Source: Eledone cirrhosa (lineage: Eukaryota). From it: 64,000 nt of DNA. Below, piece after piece: positions 26,729-39,071 of the stretch. Within the stretch, counting starts at the first letter, position 1. Every line of letters starts with the position of its first letter. The DNA is taken from NCBI GenBank assembly GCA_964016885.1, contig OZ024743.1, forward strand, positions 151,404,001 through 151,468,000. Direction: 5' to 3'. A program made the translations under genes and the position numbers. The notes beneath the pieces were generated by a model. It worked only from the letters and a program-made list of their open reading frames with translations, was not told the DNA's origin and searched no databases.

Positions 26729-26816
26729 CTTCAATACCCTCAATAAAAAAAATATATTTTAGATATGCATTGAGTTCACTTTCTTACATACATACAGATA
26801 TACAAATGCGTATGTA

Positions 26817-26848
<32 letters not shown>

Positions 26849-26995
26849 CACGTATGTATATGAGAGTATGTATAAGTACATTATAAGTGATTAAATGGAA
26901 AATTCATTTTATAATGGTTGAATAGATAATTTTTTTATGCAATATGAATCATAAGATATCTAATTCTTCATGCCAAGTTACTACATTGGACTCAC

Positions 26996-27009
26996 CGTCA
27001 TACTCAACT
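26996..27009 (-). CDS. Candidate 14-nt microexon of the minus-strand host gene
   Basis: tttttgcttagtgtttaatttcctttag|AGTTGAGTATGACG|gtgagt. The frame stays open (E-L-S-M-T) if joined to the phase-1 donor at 37634. No transcript evidence. Confidence 0.3.
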
Positions 27010-28476
27010 CTAAAGGAAATTAAACACTAAGCAAAAAGCTATCTGATTGTGAATGTCAAAATAAATGAAGCAGTTATATAATTATATTTCAATATCTACA
27101 ATATATACAAGAGCACTAGAAATAATATTTTGTAGCACTATAACATTTTGACGTCTCGCTTTTAATATTACCGGTTAATCTTTTCTCCTAATAAATTGTA
27201 CCAACCTACTTTAATAAACACCTGGTCTGGTAGCTTTGATTACTTTGAATGTGGTCTTCTTTACAATACCCTTGTCATCTGAAGAAGTTGAAGTTGTTGA
27301 TACATCATATATAAAAGATTTTATTTATTAAGTGAATTATACATTCACTTCCACCTTCTCTTGGCCTTTTTCAGTTTTTCTACTACTGTGCTTCAGTTAT
27401 TTTTCCCTTATTTTTCAATCTTTCTACTTAGTTCACTGAGGATCATTATATTATTCTTGAAGTTTGTACATTCACATTTCACTCAAACAACATCAAAATC
27501 TTTTATCTTTCACTTTATTATACATTAGCTGTACAAGACATTTAACCTATTATAAGTATATTCAAGCCTTTAGTTGCTTTCATTTCTAGATAGTCTTTTC
27601 CAATTGGCACAATGTGGGGGGATCTGAGAATACATTGTATACAGAAAAAAATTTGGTTAATACAAAAATGTGATCTGAGTGAGTTGCCTTTGATGAATAT
27701 ATAGTCAATGTTAACCATGTTGCATTTCCTAGTTATCCAGCTGTATAAATAAATTACAGCATTTTCTTTTCAATTCCATATCTTTTTATGTCTATTCTAA
27801 CTCTCCTTTTTTAGCTGTTAATGTAATAAGGGCACTGCTTTTATAGGAAAATGTTTATTACCAAGTGACATTCATTTGCTGGGTTCACTTGAGTAATAGG
27901 TAATGGTTTCACTATATATCTTAATATCTTTCAATTGCCAGGATATAGTAACACTTCAACAATATCCTGAGCAATAAGTGTATTTTAGCCTCTCGTGTCT
28001 CTTTTACAATGAATTTTATTACAATAGAGTTGAGTTGAGGTCACAGGCTTACAGCTAACGCCATTCCCATATCTGTAATCATGCTCTTCTTGGAAACATA
28101 AAAAAAAACACCATTGTGTCTTAATAAGAAGAGCATTGGTCAGAGAGTATGGAGACCACCTTCAGAATAGAAACTGAAAGAGGAAACAGTTTTAAAGACT
28201 AGAAGCTTGGAACTTCAGATAAACATAATGATAATGGAAAAAAGAAAAGAAAGGTTGATGTAATAGGTAGGTTTGAATTGAAGTTAGATGCAGCCAACAA
28301 AATCTCATCAGCCAAAACTGTTATAAGAATGTTAGAAGAGAAAGAAAAGATATGGGCCAATGATTGAAGATTTTTAATAAGAGATCTATTATTTAGGCAT
28401 AGCTTTTTTAATGCACTTTATGACACTAAGGATACCAAAAGGTGCCATATAAGATCAATTAAGTTTATATCCATAT

Positions 28477-28868
28477 CACCTTGATCGACCAGTCTGTCGG
28501 GCGTCCATTCGGCACCACTGGCACGTTGTGCTGTTTTAGCCATACGATGACGCCATCCCACTGGCTGGGTGGGCAGGCCGTAAGTCTAAAGTCTGTCTTA
28601 AGACAGAAGGCTCATTTGGCTGGTGCTTATTCCGGTTTCATGGCGTGAAGCGACAGAGTACAAGACTCCCCCCTGGACAGGACGCCAGTCCATCGCAGGG
28701 TTAAACCTCCAGCTATTGCTGGTACTCATTTTCAGCTGAGTAAACTGGAGCAACGTGAAATAAAGTGTCTTGCTCAAGGAAACAACACATCACCCAGTCT
28801 GAGAATTGAACTCACAACCTTTCGATTGGAAGCCTACTGCTCTAACCACTAAGCCATGCGCCTTCACA
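28477..28868 (-). mobile_element. Full-length tRNA-derived CORE-type SINE with a 12-bp TSD
   Basis: A box TGGCTTAGTGG, B box GAGTTCAATT, CORE-like ccttgagcaagacacttt...cagctgaaaatgagtacc. TSD TTATATCCATAT at 28465-28476 and 28869-28880. Confidence 0.9.
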
Positions 28869-29294
28869 TTATATCCATATAATCTATATAAATAAAATGC
28901 AGGTAATTAAGAGGGCTTATAAGTAGTGAGTAATTTAAGGAAGATTTAGTTATTTTTAGCAGATCAAACACACACAAAAAGTAACTTTTATTGTCATAAG
29001 ATGACATTTTCCTAAATTATGCTTTTAGAGCATCTTGATCATTGATTTTTACATCAATGTTTTCATGGGAAGGTTGGGATTTTTGAGGCAACATTTTACA
29101 ACCAGATGCCTTTCCTGACACCAACCCATTTACATGTTTCATGCAGAGATACAGTGTATCTATTCTAAATCAGACACACACAATATACTGTTATGACAGA
29201 AGACAGAATGTAAGGAATATGTTTCTATAGTTTGATATCCATGTTCTAAATGACATTCATTTTCTATGACACACTTTTCAGAGCCTTCCAGACT

Positions 29295-29400
29295 GGTGAG
29301 AGGAAAGGATGAAGTGATCCTCTAACTGGAGATCTTGTCTGAATGCTTGCAACAGAGTGAGCTCTGCTAAATTGCACATTAGAGCCAAGTGGTGGTGTTA
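29295..29400. repeat. Unclassified dispersed repeat (also near 21490-21590 and 34120-34270)
   Basis: Shared block ggagatc(t)tg..tgaatgcttgcaacaga preceded by a gagaggaagga-like segment. Confidence 0.55.
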
Positions 29401-31493
29401 AGCTAAGTGATGGATTATGTTTACTACTCTTAAATCTATTTGATGGATTAACTCAACATGACTAAGATATCTTTTATTCTTTACACAATGTGAAAATAGA
29501 TTAACTTCAGTGTGTCACACAAAACAGCTCTATAAATATCATTATCCAATAACATTATTTTCACATGTCCACAGTTTTAAAATACTTTGAAGTATTTAAT
29601 TCACTTATATTGTTAATGTTTTATAGAAAAACATGAATATCACACAATCTCAGTTTCTGTCTCGAATGAATATGAAGCTATGCAACTTTGTAAAAATCAA
29701 TGTTATAATTCCAAATATTAGTATTATATAAGTATAAAAAGTTTAAAGGGTGAATCAAAGTTAAGAAGCTTGCAAAATGCTGATAGATCTAATCCATTGC
29801 CCAGTTTAACACTGACACACAGCTTTTAGCAGAGTCCAGGCTGTTGCAAGCATTCAAGTCAGGTACCTGGTTAAAGGATAATTTCAACCTTCCCTCCATA
29901 CATCTGAAAAATAAAGGGCTGTGGACATTGCCCTGCTTTCCCAAACTAATCAGTAAACATTTCTTTTATAACAATCAACTATATTTACTTTGATCAGAAA
30001 CAGAACTACATACTCTACATATTAATACTGGCAATAACTGTTTTTCTTTATAGTAAACAAAAGTTAAGTTGTGCTTTTAAAATGTGTGTTCTTATTCAAA
30101 TCTTAAATATGTTTGCAAATTTCCAAATATATGCTTTTGTTTGCTTTATAGAGTGCATTAATGTTATTTAGAGAAATCAATAAATACATTAACTCCATGA
30201 CTGTTTATATTTTTGTTGCTAAGCAATGTCAGGTATGATCCAACCAATCATATTGGATGATTTATTCTTCTCCAAACTCTAGTAAAACTGCAGTGATTTA
30301 TAAGTGTATATAGTACTGATCTAAAAGAACAAATGTATTGATTGATTTTCACCAAAAATAAATAAAATATAATAAATACAGTGAAGACTTAGAGGAATGA
30401 CCATTGGAAAATAGATTGTTGGAGAAAATAGTTTTTCAAAGAGTATTAATGCAATTTTTAAAAATAGAAAATTCAATTTAGAATAAAAATTATAAAAAAA
30501 AATTAGATTGTAGAATAAATAGAAATAGACAGAAGAAATAGCATAAAAGTAAGAATATTTATGACCAATCAGGAAGAATGATAGGAAGGCCTATTCAGTG
30601 CAGAATTATTACATCGAGGAACAAATCAATTTATTCTTGTTGTAGCTTAACTGATTTAATTCTTATTTCATTAACCCTTATAATGCTGCAAGACCCATAT
30701 ATCAGTTTTCATTTGTTTAATGATTGCAATGAGTTTTATGAGAGTGTAAGTGACATAGATGGTAATAATAGTAATCATGGTACTGATGATCCTGATTAGT
30801 AATTTTTGGCATAGTTATCTGCCAAAAATTAAGTAGTTTTAATATTTTGGGCGATTCTGGTAACCCTTGCAAGTGGTCTTACATATATAACATCCCAAAG
30901 ATTATGATTGCTCTTCAAAGATTGAAAATACTTCAGCTCTGATTAATTTCTGCCCCCTCTACAAAGCTCACAGGAAACCCACATTAGCACACTATTTATA
31001 TATCTGGGGTAATGCTGTTACTACACTTAAAAATATCTTAGACACTGCATTAAATAAGTAAATTTGGCTGATTGAAAAATACTCTACAACTAGTGGGTCA
31101 CAGCTATGATGATTCTTCTCTTAACCTCTCCTAGCACTACTGCCTTTGCTCCAACACAATAGCTAGCTGCATATTCTTTTTGTACCTCTCCTCTAAGATT
31201 TTGTATCAAATAATTTTCCCCCATTCCACCCTACTCACTATTACAACCCTCTTAAATTTCCCACCTTCTGCTCTTTTTTTGCTGATATTGAACTTTTGTC
31301 ATTAAAAGCATCTATTTCATTAGTTGGATGATCAGGGCTGCTATGTCATTGGCTCTACCTCCTTCATGCTTAGAACACATCCATCCATATATTTATATAT
31401 ATATATATACATATATATATATACACACACATATGGAGCCATTGTTACGAGAACAAATAATAAATTAGTAATGTAAGAAATGGAGTGGGGTCC

Positions 31494-31596
31494 ACAGTAA
31501 CCAAAACATTGTAAAACAGTGGTCTTGTGACAGCATTCCTATAGTTTAGTGCAGCAGTCGGCAACCGGTGGTCCGCATAAATATTTGGACACTATT
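31494..31596. repeat. Inverted duplicate of 32284-32386 (hAT right end plus host flank)
   Basis: Reverse-complement match over about 100 bp with scattered mismatches. Confidence 0.9.
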
Positions 31597-31932
31597 AGAC
31601 ATGTGAACAGAAAGTTTTGTTTGCTATTTCCCAATTAGGAATACATTTGTAATTTCCTGCTATATGTGCTTGTGACAAGCAAATGTAAGCTCTTTTATAT
31701 TATTTGTGTGAGAAGAAGTTTACTTATCTTCTCATTACAATTCCCATGCAACCAAGAAAAAGCTATCCCTTTTGTTCCATTTGTATTTTGTGTCTTTATT
31801 GACATCTGTTGTCAGTTCTGGAACATTATATTATGACAACTGATCAGTTCAGTACCTCTCTTCTGTACATTGGCTTAAATCTCATGACTGCTTTGTTTTC
31901 TTCAGTTATTCTCTTGTTAACGTTCACTAAAC

Positions 31933-32328
31933 CAGTTGTTACCAATCGTTCGGACTTCATGGACCACTAAATTCATAATTTTAAATCCTGCAGACCACTA
32001 ATATGAATTTTTTTAAAAAGATAAATACATTTGTAAAATAATTGTTTCTACTTTTGGCACAAGGCCAGCAATTATACCAGTGTATTACTGGTACTTTATT
32101 TTATCGACCCCGTAAGGATGAAAGGCAAAGTTAACCTTGGCGGGATTTGTAAAATAATGATCAGAGAACTTTCATTTTATTAATATGAAATGCATCTATT
32201 AAAACATTTTTTAGGGGAGTTATAAAATATATTTTAACTGAATATTATTTTTGTTTTATTATTAACAAAATACAAAAATTGCAAATAATGTCCAAATTTT
32301 TCTGTGGACCACCGGTTGCCAACTGCTG
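31933..32328. mobile_element. hAT (Charlie/Buster-like) MITE with an 8-bp TSD
   Basis: TSD CACTAAAC at 31925-31932 and 32329-32336 (nnnTAnnn). Imperfect TIRs CAGTTGTTACCAA / TTGCCAACTGCTG and subterminal GGACCAC repeats. Confidence 0.85.
32043..32144 (-). mobile_element. 5'-truncated SINE nested in the hAT MITE
   Basis: Same family as 56776-56958. TSD ATTTGTAAAATAAT at 32029-32042 and 32145-32158. Confidence 0.92.
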
Positions 32329-33077
32329 CACTAAACTATAGTTAATGCTGTCACAAGACCCAGTTTTGCAATGTTTTGGTTACTGTACATCACTGTAAAA
32401 TTTTTTTATATTATAATATTTAAAAAAATGTTACAGTGATGTTTTTAAATAAGTATAATTTAGAGCCTGGAAAGGAGATGGGCTCTCCCAGGTTTTAAAA
32501 TGCCCTAATACAGCACACCATGATTGTGTCAAGAGTTACAGGACCATACATAGTTTAAAGCACAGCTGATTGAGTCAATACAATACCAAACAAGCAGAGA
32601 GAAGGTAATTCATATCCTTTCAGTAGCTCTGCTTTGTTTCCATGATCTAAATGCTAAATTTCCTCCCTCTGTCCCAATGAGAACTTGTCCTATAGAGTTA
32701 CATGATTTGAAAAGAATAGAAGTCTTCCTTTTAGCAGTTTAAGAAAAAATGATTTCAGCTTTTAAAATATGAATCTGGATCTTGCTCAAGCATGAAGCTT
32801 TTGTGTACTTTATTTTCCTTAGTATGCCAATCTGATAAATAAGTCAGATGAAATTCAGTTCATATTAATTGAAACTATGATTATTTTAGAGTCATTTGTT
32901 ATAAACATCATTATGTGCTGCTGATATTTTAGTTTTTCAGTCTATATTGCCCTTTACAAGTTATACCAAATAAGTTATACTATATACCATATAATATTCA
33001 TATACAGAATCCAACTGATAGTGATTCAGTGCTTCATTCAATATACTGAACTAGCTACACCATTTGAAATAAATAAT

Positions 33078-33187
33078 TGTTTCTACTTTTGGCACAAGGC
33101 CAACAATTACCCAGTGCATTACTGGTACTTTATTTTATCGACCCCATAAGGATGAAAGGCAAAGTTAACCTCGGCGGGATTTGAACT
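33078..33187 (-). mobile_element. 5'-truncated SINE with a 17-bp TSD
   Basis: TSD CATTTGAAATAAATAAT at 33061-33077 and 33188-33204. The copy starts at the B box GAGTTCAAATCC. Confidence 0.93.
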
Positions 33188-33405
33188 CATTTGAAATAAA
33201 TAATATATGCTTCTAAGTCAAGCAATTTTCTATCTAATTTACACAACTTGCTAACACAGCAACTAAACTGTTCTTCAATCAAATCCTTAGATTTTGAATT
33301 TTTTAATATCACAATCAGTTCAAATACATATGAAAAGATGCTCTAGATTATGTCTAGAAAGTTGATTGGGTAAATAAGTTAACTCACTTGATGTATTATG
33401 CTTAA

Positions 33406-33607
33406 CCCTTTAGCATTTAAACCAGCTGTATCCAGCCAGAATTCTCTCACCTTTTTCTGTTCAACCTGGCCATAACCGTTTGCTCTTACTTATGTTAAGG
33501 CATTGTTCTCAAAAGAGATATCAAAATCCCATAGATTCGATATGTGAGATAAAGTGTTTACCATGAAAATACAATAGTAAATATAGAGTAATGTAAATGC
33601 TAAAGGG
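33406..33607. mobile_element. piggyBac-type MITE, copy 4
   Basis: TTAA|CCCTTTAGCATTTA ... TAAATGCTAAAGGG|TTAA. Confidence 0.92.
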
Positions 33608-34957
33608 TTAAAGAAAAACTTAGGATTCATAAATATAATACTTGTATAAAGAAACTATTTGATTAGTTGTTTCATAACTCAGACATTCAAGTTCAAACTG
33701 AAGATAATTTTAGCTTTTGATCCTTAAAAATAAAATATTAAAATGTCATAAAAAAAAAGTCACTATCAACAATGTATTAGGTTGAGGGATTGCTCACCAC
33801 CTAGTATTCAATTCTTAAGATATTTTTGTTAGAATAACATGTCAACAACTAGGAAGACTGCACTAGCTCAAATTACAGCATGACTAACATAGGATGTTGT
33901 AACTAGTGTTGATTTGATTTCCATGTTTAAGAAATGAGTTGCTATTGGGGTAAATATGCTCAGTTTTAAACAATATATACATTTCTTTTTTAAAAATATA
34001 TTTACATTATATTTTAATGAGTTGAAATTCCCAGAGTATGTGAGGACTTTGAAAATAGAATTGTTTCTTTTTTTTAAAAGAAGGGGCAGCACCTATGACA
34101 TTTGTAGAGCCTTTGAGACTAGTGGGAAGAGGAAGGAAGAAACTCATGTGTTGCTGCAACAGAGAGCAGCACATTAAGATATCCAGTTATCTAGAGGTTG
34201 GAGATCTGGTTTGAATGCTTGCAACAGATCTGTTTAAGACACCTAAGGACCAGGAAGTGATCTTAAAGCAGGTAAGAGATCAGTTCTGTTACCCATGAAC
34301 CAGTGCAGTTTGACAAACTGTTGTCATACAGTTTCTGTCAACCCTATTACATTCAGAAGTCTTGGATCGACTTGAGACTATAACAGAAAATACTTGCACA
34401 AGGTGTTGCTATAGGAGAAAAGAACTTGGCACCATGTGATTGTGAAGTGAACTGCTTAATCACATGACATTTCTAGAGAAACAGATCAACTGATTAAATC
34501 AACTGCTTTATGTTACTGGCATTTTAAAAATCTAACCTATACTGAAGAAAAGTAATGACAATGCTTGTGAACTTTGAACTTAGGAAGTATGAAATTGAAA
34601 TTAAATATTGCAAGGAACTTAGTTTTGTACTACACCATTTCTGCAGCTGATATCAACTTATGTGGTTGGTCAGTATGCTAGAAATAGCAGATCTTTTGTT
34701 TATTATTTAAGACTAGGACATCAAATGTTTAAATGTTTTGCTTGGTCTATTACCCTCAAACCCAGCCATGTTAAAGAAAGGATATGTTGAAGTTACTCAA
34801 TACCACAAAAAATTAGCATGGGATGGCCAAGGCTTCAAAAGTTTTGATCATATGTTTGCTCAATCAACCCTAATTTCAGGTTAATCAATGACTTTTAAAT
34901 CAAATTACACTATATAAGGGTTATTGAGAATAAAAAGTGTATTGAATCCTAAACATA

Positions 34958-36070
34958 AAGGGTCACTCATTTCTTTGAGGTCACGCCTCAACAGCACTAA
35001 CTTTTTTCTAACTAGTTCTGATTATCATATAAATGATGACAGATATCAACCACACTTAGCAAATGAAAAGGTACCCTGTAATCATTGCTTTAAAAACAGA
35101 GCAGTGATTTAGAGATTGCACACTTCCTGAAAGTTGCATGGTCATTGTTCTCAAAGTTTGCAAAGAGCTGAAAGTTGCTGACAGGAATTTTACAACAGCA
35201 GCCAAATATAAAACGTCTATGAGTCTTAATACCACCAGAACACCCAAATTTAAATGAAAGGTGAAGAAAAATATCAATAAGAACAACAGAAATTCAATTA
35301 GTGCCATTGCTAAGGAGCTCAAGGTTTGAGAAGAATTATGCACAAAGACATTTGATACAAGTCCTGTGATGTATAGAGGCCAATTCATGTCAGCAAAGAC
35401 AAAAGATAACCGTATAATCCACACAGAGTATTTGGTTGAGCAAGTTGAAAGAAACATCAAGAGCCTGAAATGCTTTGGTGTTTCTTTGAAAAGAAAAACT
35501 TTAATCAGGACAGTCATGCATGCAAAGTTTCCAGCAACTGGATACATCTGGGGGTTGTGAGCAATGAAGGAGATGTCATGCCTCCTCACTTCTTTTCTTA
35601 GAGCTTAAGGGTCAATGTTGCTGACTATAAGGAGGTGTTGGAGAATGTTGTGAGTCATTAGATAAAGAGCATGAGTAAAGGAAAACAGTACACCAACCAA
35701 CAAGACTTTGCAGTGTCTCATAAGACCAAGGCGATCCTAGAATGAGTGAGATACAATCACTATGATCAAATCACCCAAAAGATACAGCCTCCTAGCTCTC
35801 CCGACTGCTACATATGGGGCATAGTCAATCAACACTATAAAATCCTCCATAACTAGAACAATGTCCAAAACAGATAAAAATCATCCGATTTGGGCATGTC
35901 AATGTTTCAGACTTCATATTAAAGCTGTCATTGATCTTAACGGCAAATTCATTGAGTAGATGAATCAAGAAAAATCTCAAGTTTATTCATGGCAATTTTT
36001 TTCTCAAATAGAGCTCGTATTTCATGACATGCATCTTTTACTAATGTCCTCAAAGAACTGAGCAACCCTG
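34958..36070 (+). mobile_element. Tc1/mariner-superfamily fossil (maT/DD37D-like) with a decayed transposase
   Basis: Imperfect TIRs of about 26 bp: AAGGGTCACTCATTTCTTTGAGGTCA versus the reverse complement CAGGGTTGCTCAGTTCTTTGAGGACA, with TA on the left. Remnants VMHAKFPAT, GVVSNEGDVMPPHFF, QQDFAVSH and PPSSPD. Confidence 0.85.
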
Positions 36071-37273
36071 AAATTTACTAAAAAATTATCAAATTTGCAA
36101 ACGGTGGAAAATTGTAATAGCTTAAGTTGAAGAAACATTTAGTAGTTTATGAAAACTGCTTGGCCAAAAGATTAATTTCAATGTTTTTGAACTGAGAAAA
36201 CTATTTCATAAAGAATATAAAAGTACACAATTAACTAATGTTACAGTATAAATTGGAATAAGAGTTAGGAAAGAAGCATGATACCCATTGGGGAATTATT
36301 TTATGTACTCTAGGAGTAAACATGTGGAATACATACATACAAGATAGATCACCCAGATAATTTTTTTTTGTTAAATAATCACAATTTTCATGGTAGAGAG
36401 AAGACTTCGTAAGTTTCCACTGTAAAATTATAATTTCAATTGTGTGATTTAGTAATTAAATTTTCGTCTTTACAACTGTTTTGGTAACTTATATAGCTAA
36501 CATTCATACATTTATTTAATTATACATCAGATTATAATTAAAAACTTGAAATATTCTATAAGTATAACTTTAAAGAATAACTTTTTTCTAAAAAAAGAGA
36601 AATTAGATATAAACATATATATATCGTTGTTTTATGGCTGCATTCCGTGATGGCATGTGGTTGTCGCATTCTGAAACTTGGCAGGTCTGAAAACCGCGCC
36701 ATGCTCATACACTATTTTAGCATGGTTTTTCTAGCTGGATGCTTGTCCTATCACCAACCACTTTACAGAGTGGACTGGGTGCATTTTATCGCGGCACTAA
36801 TACCACCGAGAGAGAGAGATGATTTTAATAACCTTTCTCTAGTGACATTTTGATACGGTTTAAAATTATTTCATTTATTTACTTTTTGTTATCACTTCCT
36901 TGACAAAATTATAAGAATGACATCCATTTATGTAATGGAAACTGATTCCTTCACTAGTGAATTACTATTTAAACTGAGAAAGATAAATGACGTGTAATTG
37001 GTTCAAATCATATCAGCAAGACTAATTTCATACGATGTGAATAATTTCAATACTTTATCACTAAGCTACAACATCATTTTACAAGAAAAATAATTGTAAA
37101 ATTTCTTAAGATAAGAAAAATACAGTAATTTAAGAGCCAATAATAATACAATGATAATTATGCAATTTAATGTATTTGCAGTTTTCATGCATAAATTAGA
37201 ATATTAACAAGAATTAAAGTTAAAAGATATAGTCATTCAACGCAATTTGTGTGTTTGAGCGTGCGTGTGTATT

Positions 37274-37407
37274 TACAAAATGTCTAGGTCTAAACAATGT
37301 AGTCTATACAAAATGTCTAGGTCTAAACAATGTAGTCTATACAAAATGTCTAGGTCTAAACAATGTAGTCTATACAAAATGTCTAGGTCTAACAATGTAG
37401 TCTATAC
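37274..37407. repeat. 33-bp minisatellite, 4 copies
   Basis: TACAAAATGTCTAGGTCTAAACAATGTAGTCTA repeated head to tail. The last copy has a 1-nt deletion. Confidence 0.97.
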
Positions 37408-37633
37408 TATAATTAAAATATAAATAAAATCATTAAAACGTGTTTATATTAACACTAAAATAACACCTTTCTAAAGCTATCTACTTCCATCAAATGATAC
37501 AAAAATAAATCTAAAAGTTATTTGTTGTATTAAACAGAAAAAAGGATACAGGAGTAATTTAAATACAAATCATGATTTTATATGTTATTAAAAGAAAATA
37601 GAATTGTATGGAAGAAAAAAATGAGAAGTTTAC

Positions 37634-39071
37634 CTTTATTGTTATGGCTCAGGTAAAGTCCATGTCCAATGCTATCATTTGATGAATCAGTAAGATTAGG
37701 GCAAGAATCACCGAGTGTCGCATAATTCCACAATCGTTCCTTTTCTGGAACAATTTTAGTTTTGGGTGTCATTAATATTGGAACAGATAATTTTCTAGGA
37801 AATTTGCGTACAGAAGAAGGGCTATAATGGATGAGAATTTCTCGATTGTTAACTTCTCCAAATGCATTGGGAGGTAGATTCCAATGCATTTGCTGATGTG
37901 CAGAATATTCTGGAGTATGTGATAGGCTACAACTTCTTTTCCTCAGAAAATCAGATCCACTGTTTTTCAATGAAGAAATACTGTGAGTGTGAGGGGAAAT
38001 TCCTAGACCATTCTGCTGTGAGACATTCTTACGTAAAGACTCATAATTGCAATTTGGTACACTAGAACTTAGAATCTTCTCTTCATGAATATCTGGAAGA
38101 AGTGTTTTACCTGTCCAATGTTTTGGTGTAAGATTAGGCCTAGAAGTGTTTGTTGGTGGCATTTGAAAACAAATGTCATCTATAGTCTTGTTTTCATTCA
38201 TCACTCTAGATCTGCTTTCTTTACGCAAATACACCTGTTCATTGCTGAAGTTCTGTTGCTCATGAGACATTGCTTGTCGGGGATCAAGTTCAACATAATC
38301 TCCAGCACAATGATTCATATTTTTTGCAGAATCTTGCATATTATGAGAACATTTGTCTGTGGTTATTTGATTTGTGTGTAGTTGCCTCCGAAGATTAGCA
38401 CTAGCAGCTCCCATTACAACACGGCTGCGATGTTTCCTACCTATTTCTATGATTGATGTTGAGTTAGTCCGAGGTCTGAATCCTTCATAGAGAATATCTT
38501 CTTTTAAATCTAATACTTCATCAGAACAGCAATTCATTTGTACAGCATTCTGTTGGGAAGAATTAACAGGTTGTTTGTTGCTATCACTTGCAAGAGGTGA
38601 TCTCTTTTTAATGCTTACTTTCTTTTCATTTTGCAAGTCCAGTTTTTTATTTGTTGCATACTTGCTTGACCAATTTAGAAAGTGCTGTTGATGAGTATTA
38701 GCATTTCTAGCATGGTGATTCTTAATGCAATGTGAACCCCATGCATCAGGTTTCCCAAGAGTCCATGAGTGTGGTTGATTTACATTAGTTAAAGAACTGC
38801 TAGACACTAAGCGCACAGAATCCATTGAATTCATATTTGACTGAATTTCCAATGGGTCAGTCTTATTTAAGTAACTAGGCAACCTAAGGTGTTTCTGGGA
38901 ATTACCTGATTGTCTTGGATTTTGAGACAAAGACATTGCTCGACTTCTTGAAGCTTTCAAACCGGACAGAGTTGGAGAACTCATATTGCCGGTGAAAGAC
39001 CAGCTTCGATCCCGTCTTTCACTAGGCAACCCAGCCTGCCGTTCATAGAGTAATGATGACTTATTACCCAT
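37634..39071 (-). CDS. Large first coding exon of an unidentified host gene: Ser-rich, probably disordered N-terminus with an N-myristoylation motif
   Basis: 1.49-kb stop-free ORF in AT-rich DNA with no TE motifs. Starts aaaATGG with MGNKSS. Donor AAG|GTAAAC at 37634/37633 (479 codons plus 1 nt), after which the ORF tail reads as T-rich intron. Confidence 0.85.

Noticed and set aside
35056-35589. 177-aa hydrophobic minus-strand ORF as a membrane protein
   Set aside because: It is antisense to the A-rich decayed transposase inside the Tc1/mariner TIRs.
37274-37407. CRISPR-like repeat array
   Set aside because: The units are head to tail with no unique spacers, there are no cas genes, and the context is eukaryotic.
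37578-37633. C-terminal hydrophobic tail LLIFFFHTILFSF of the 497-aa ORF as a membrane anchor
   Set aside because: It lies after the AAG|GTAAAC donor and reads as T-rich intron.
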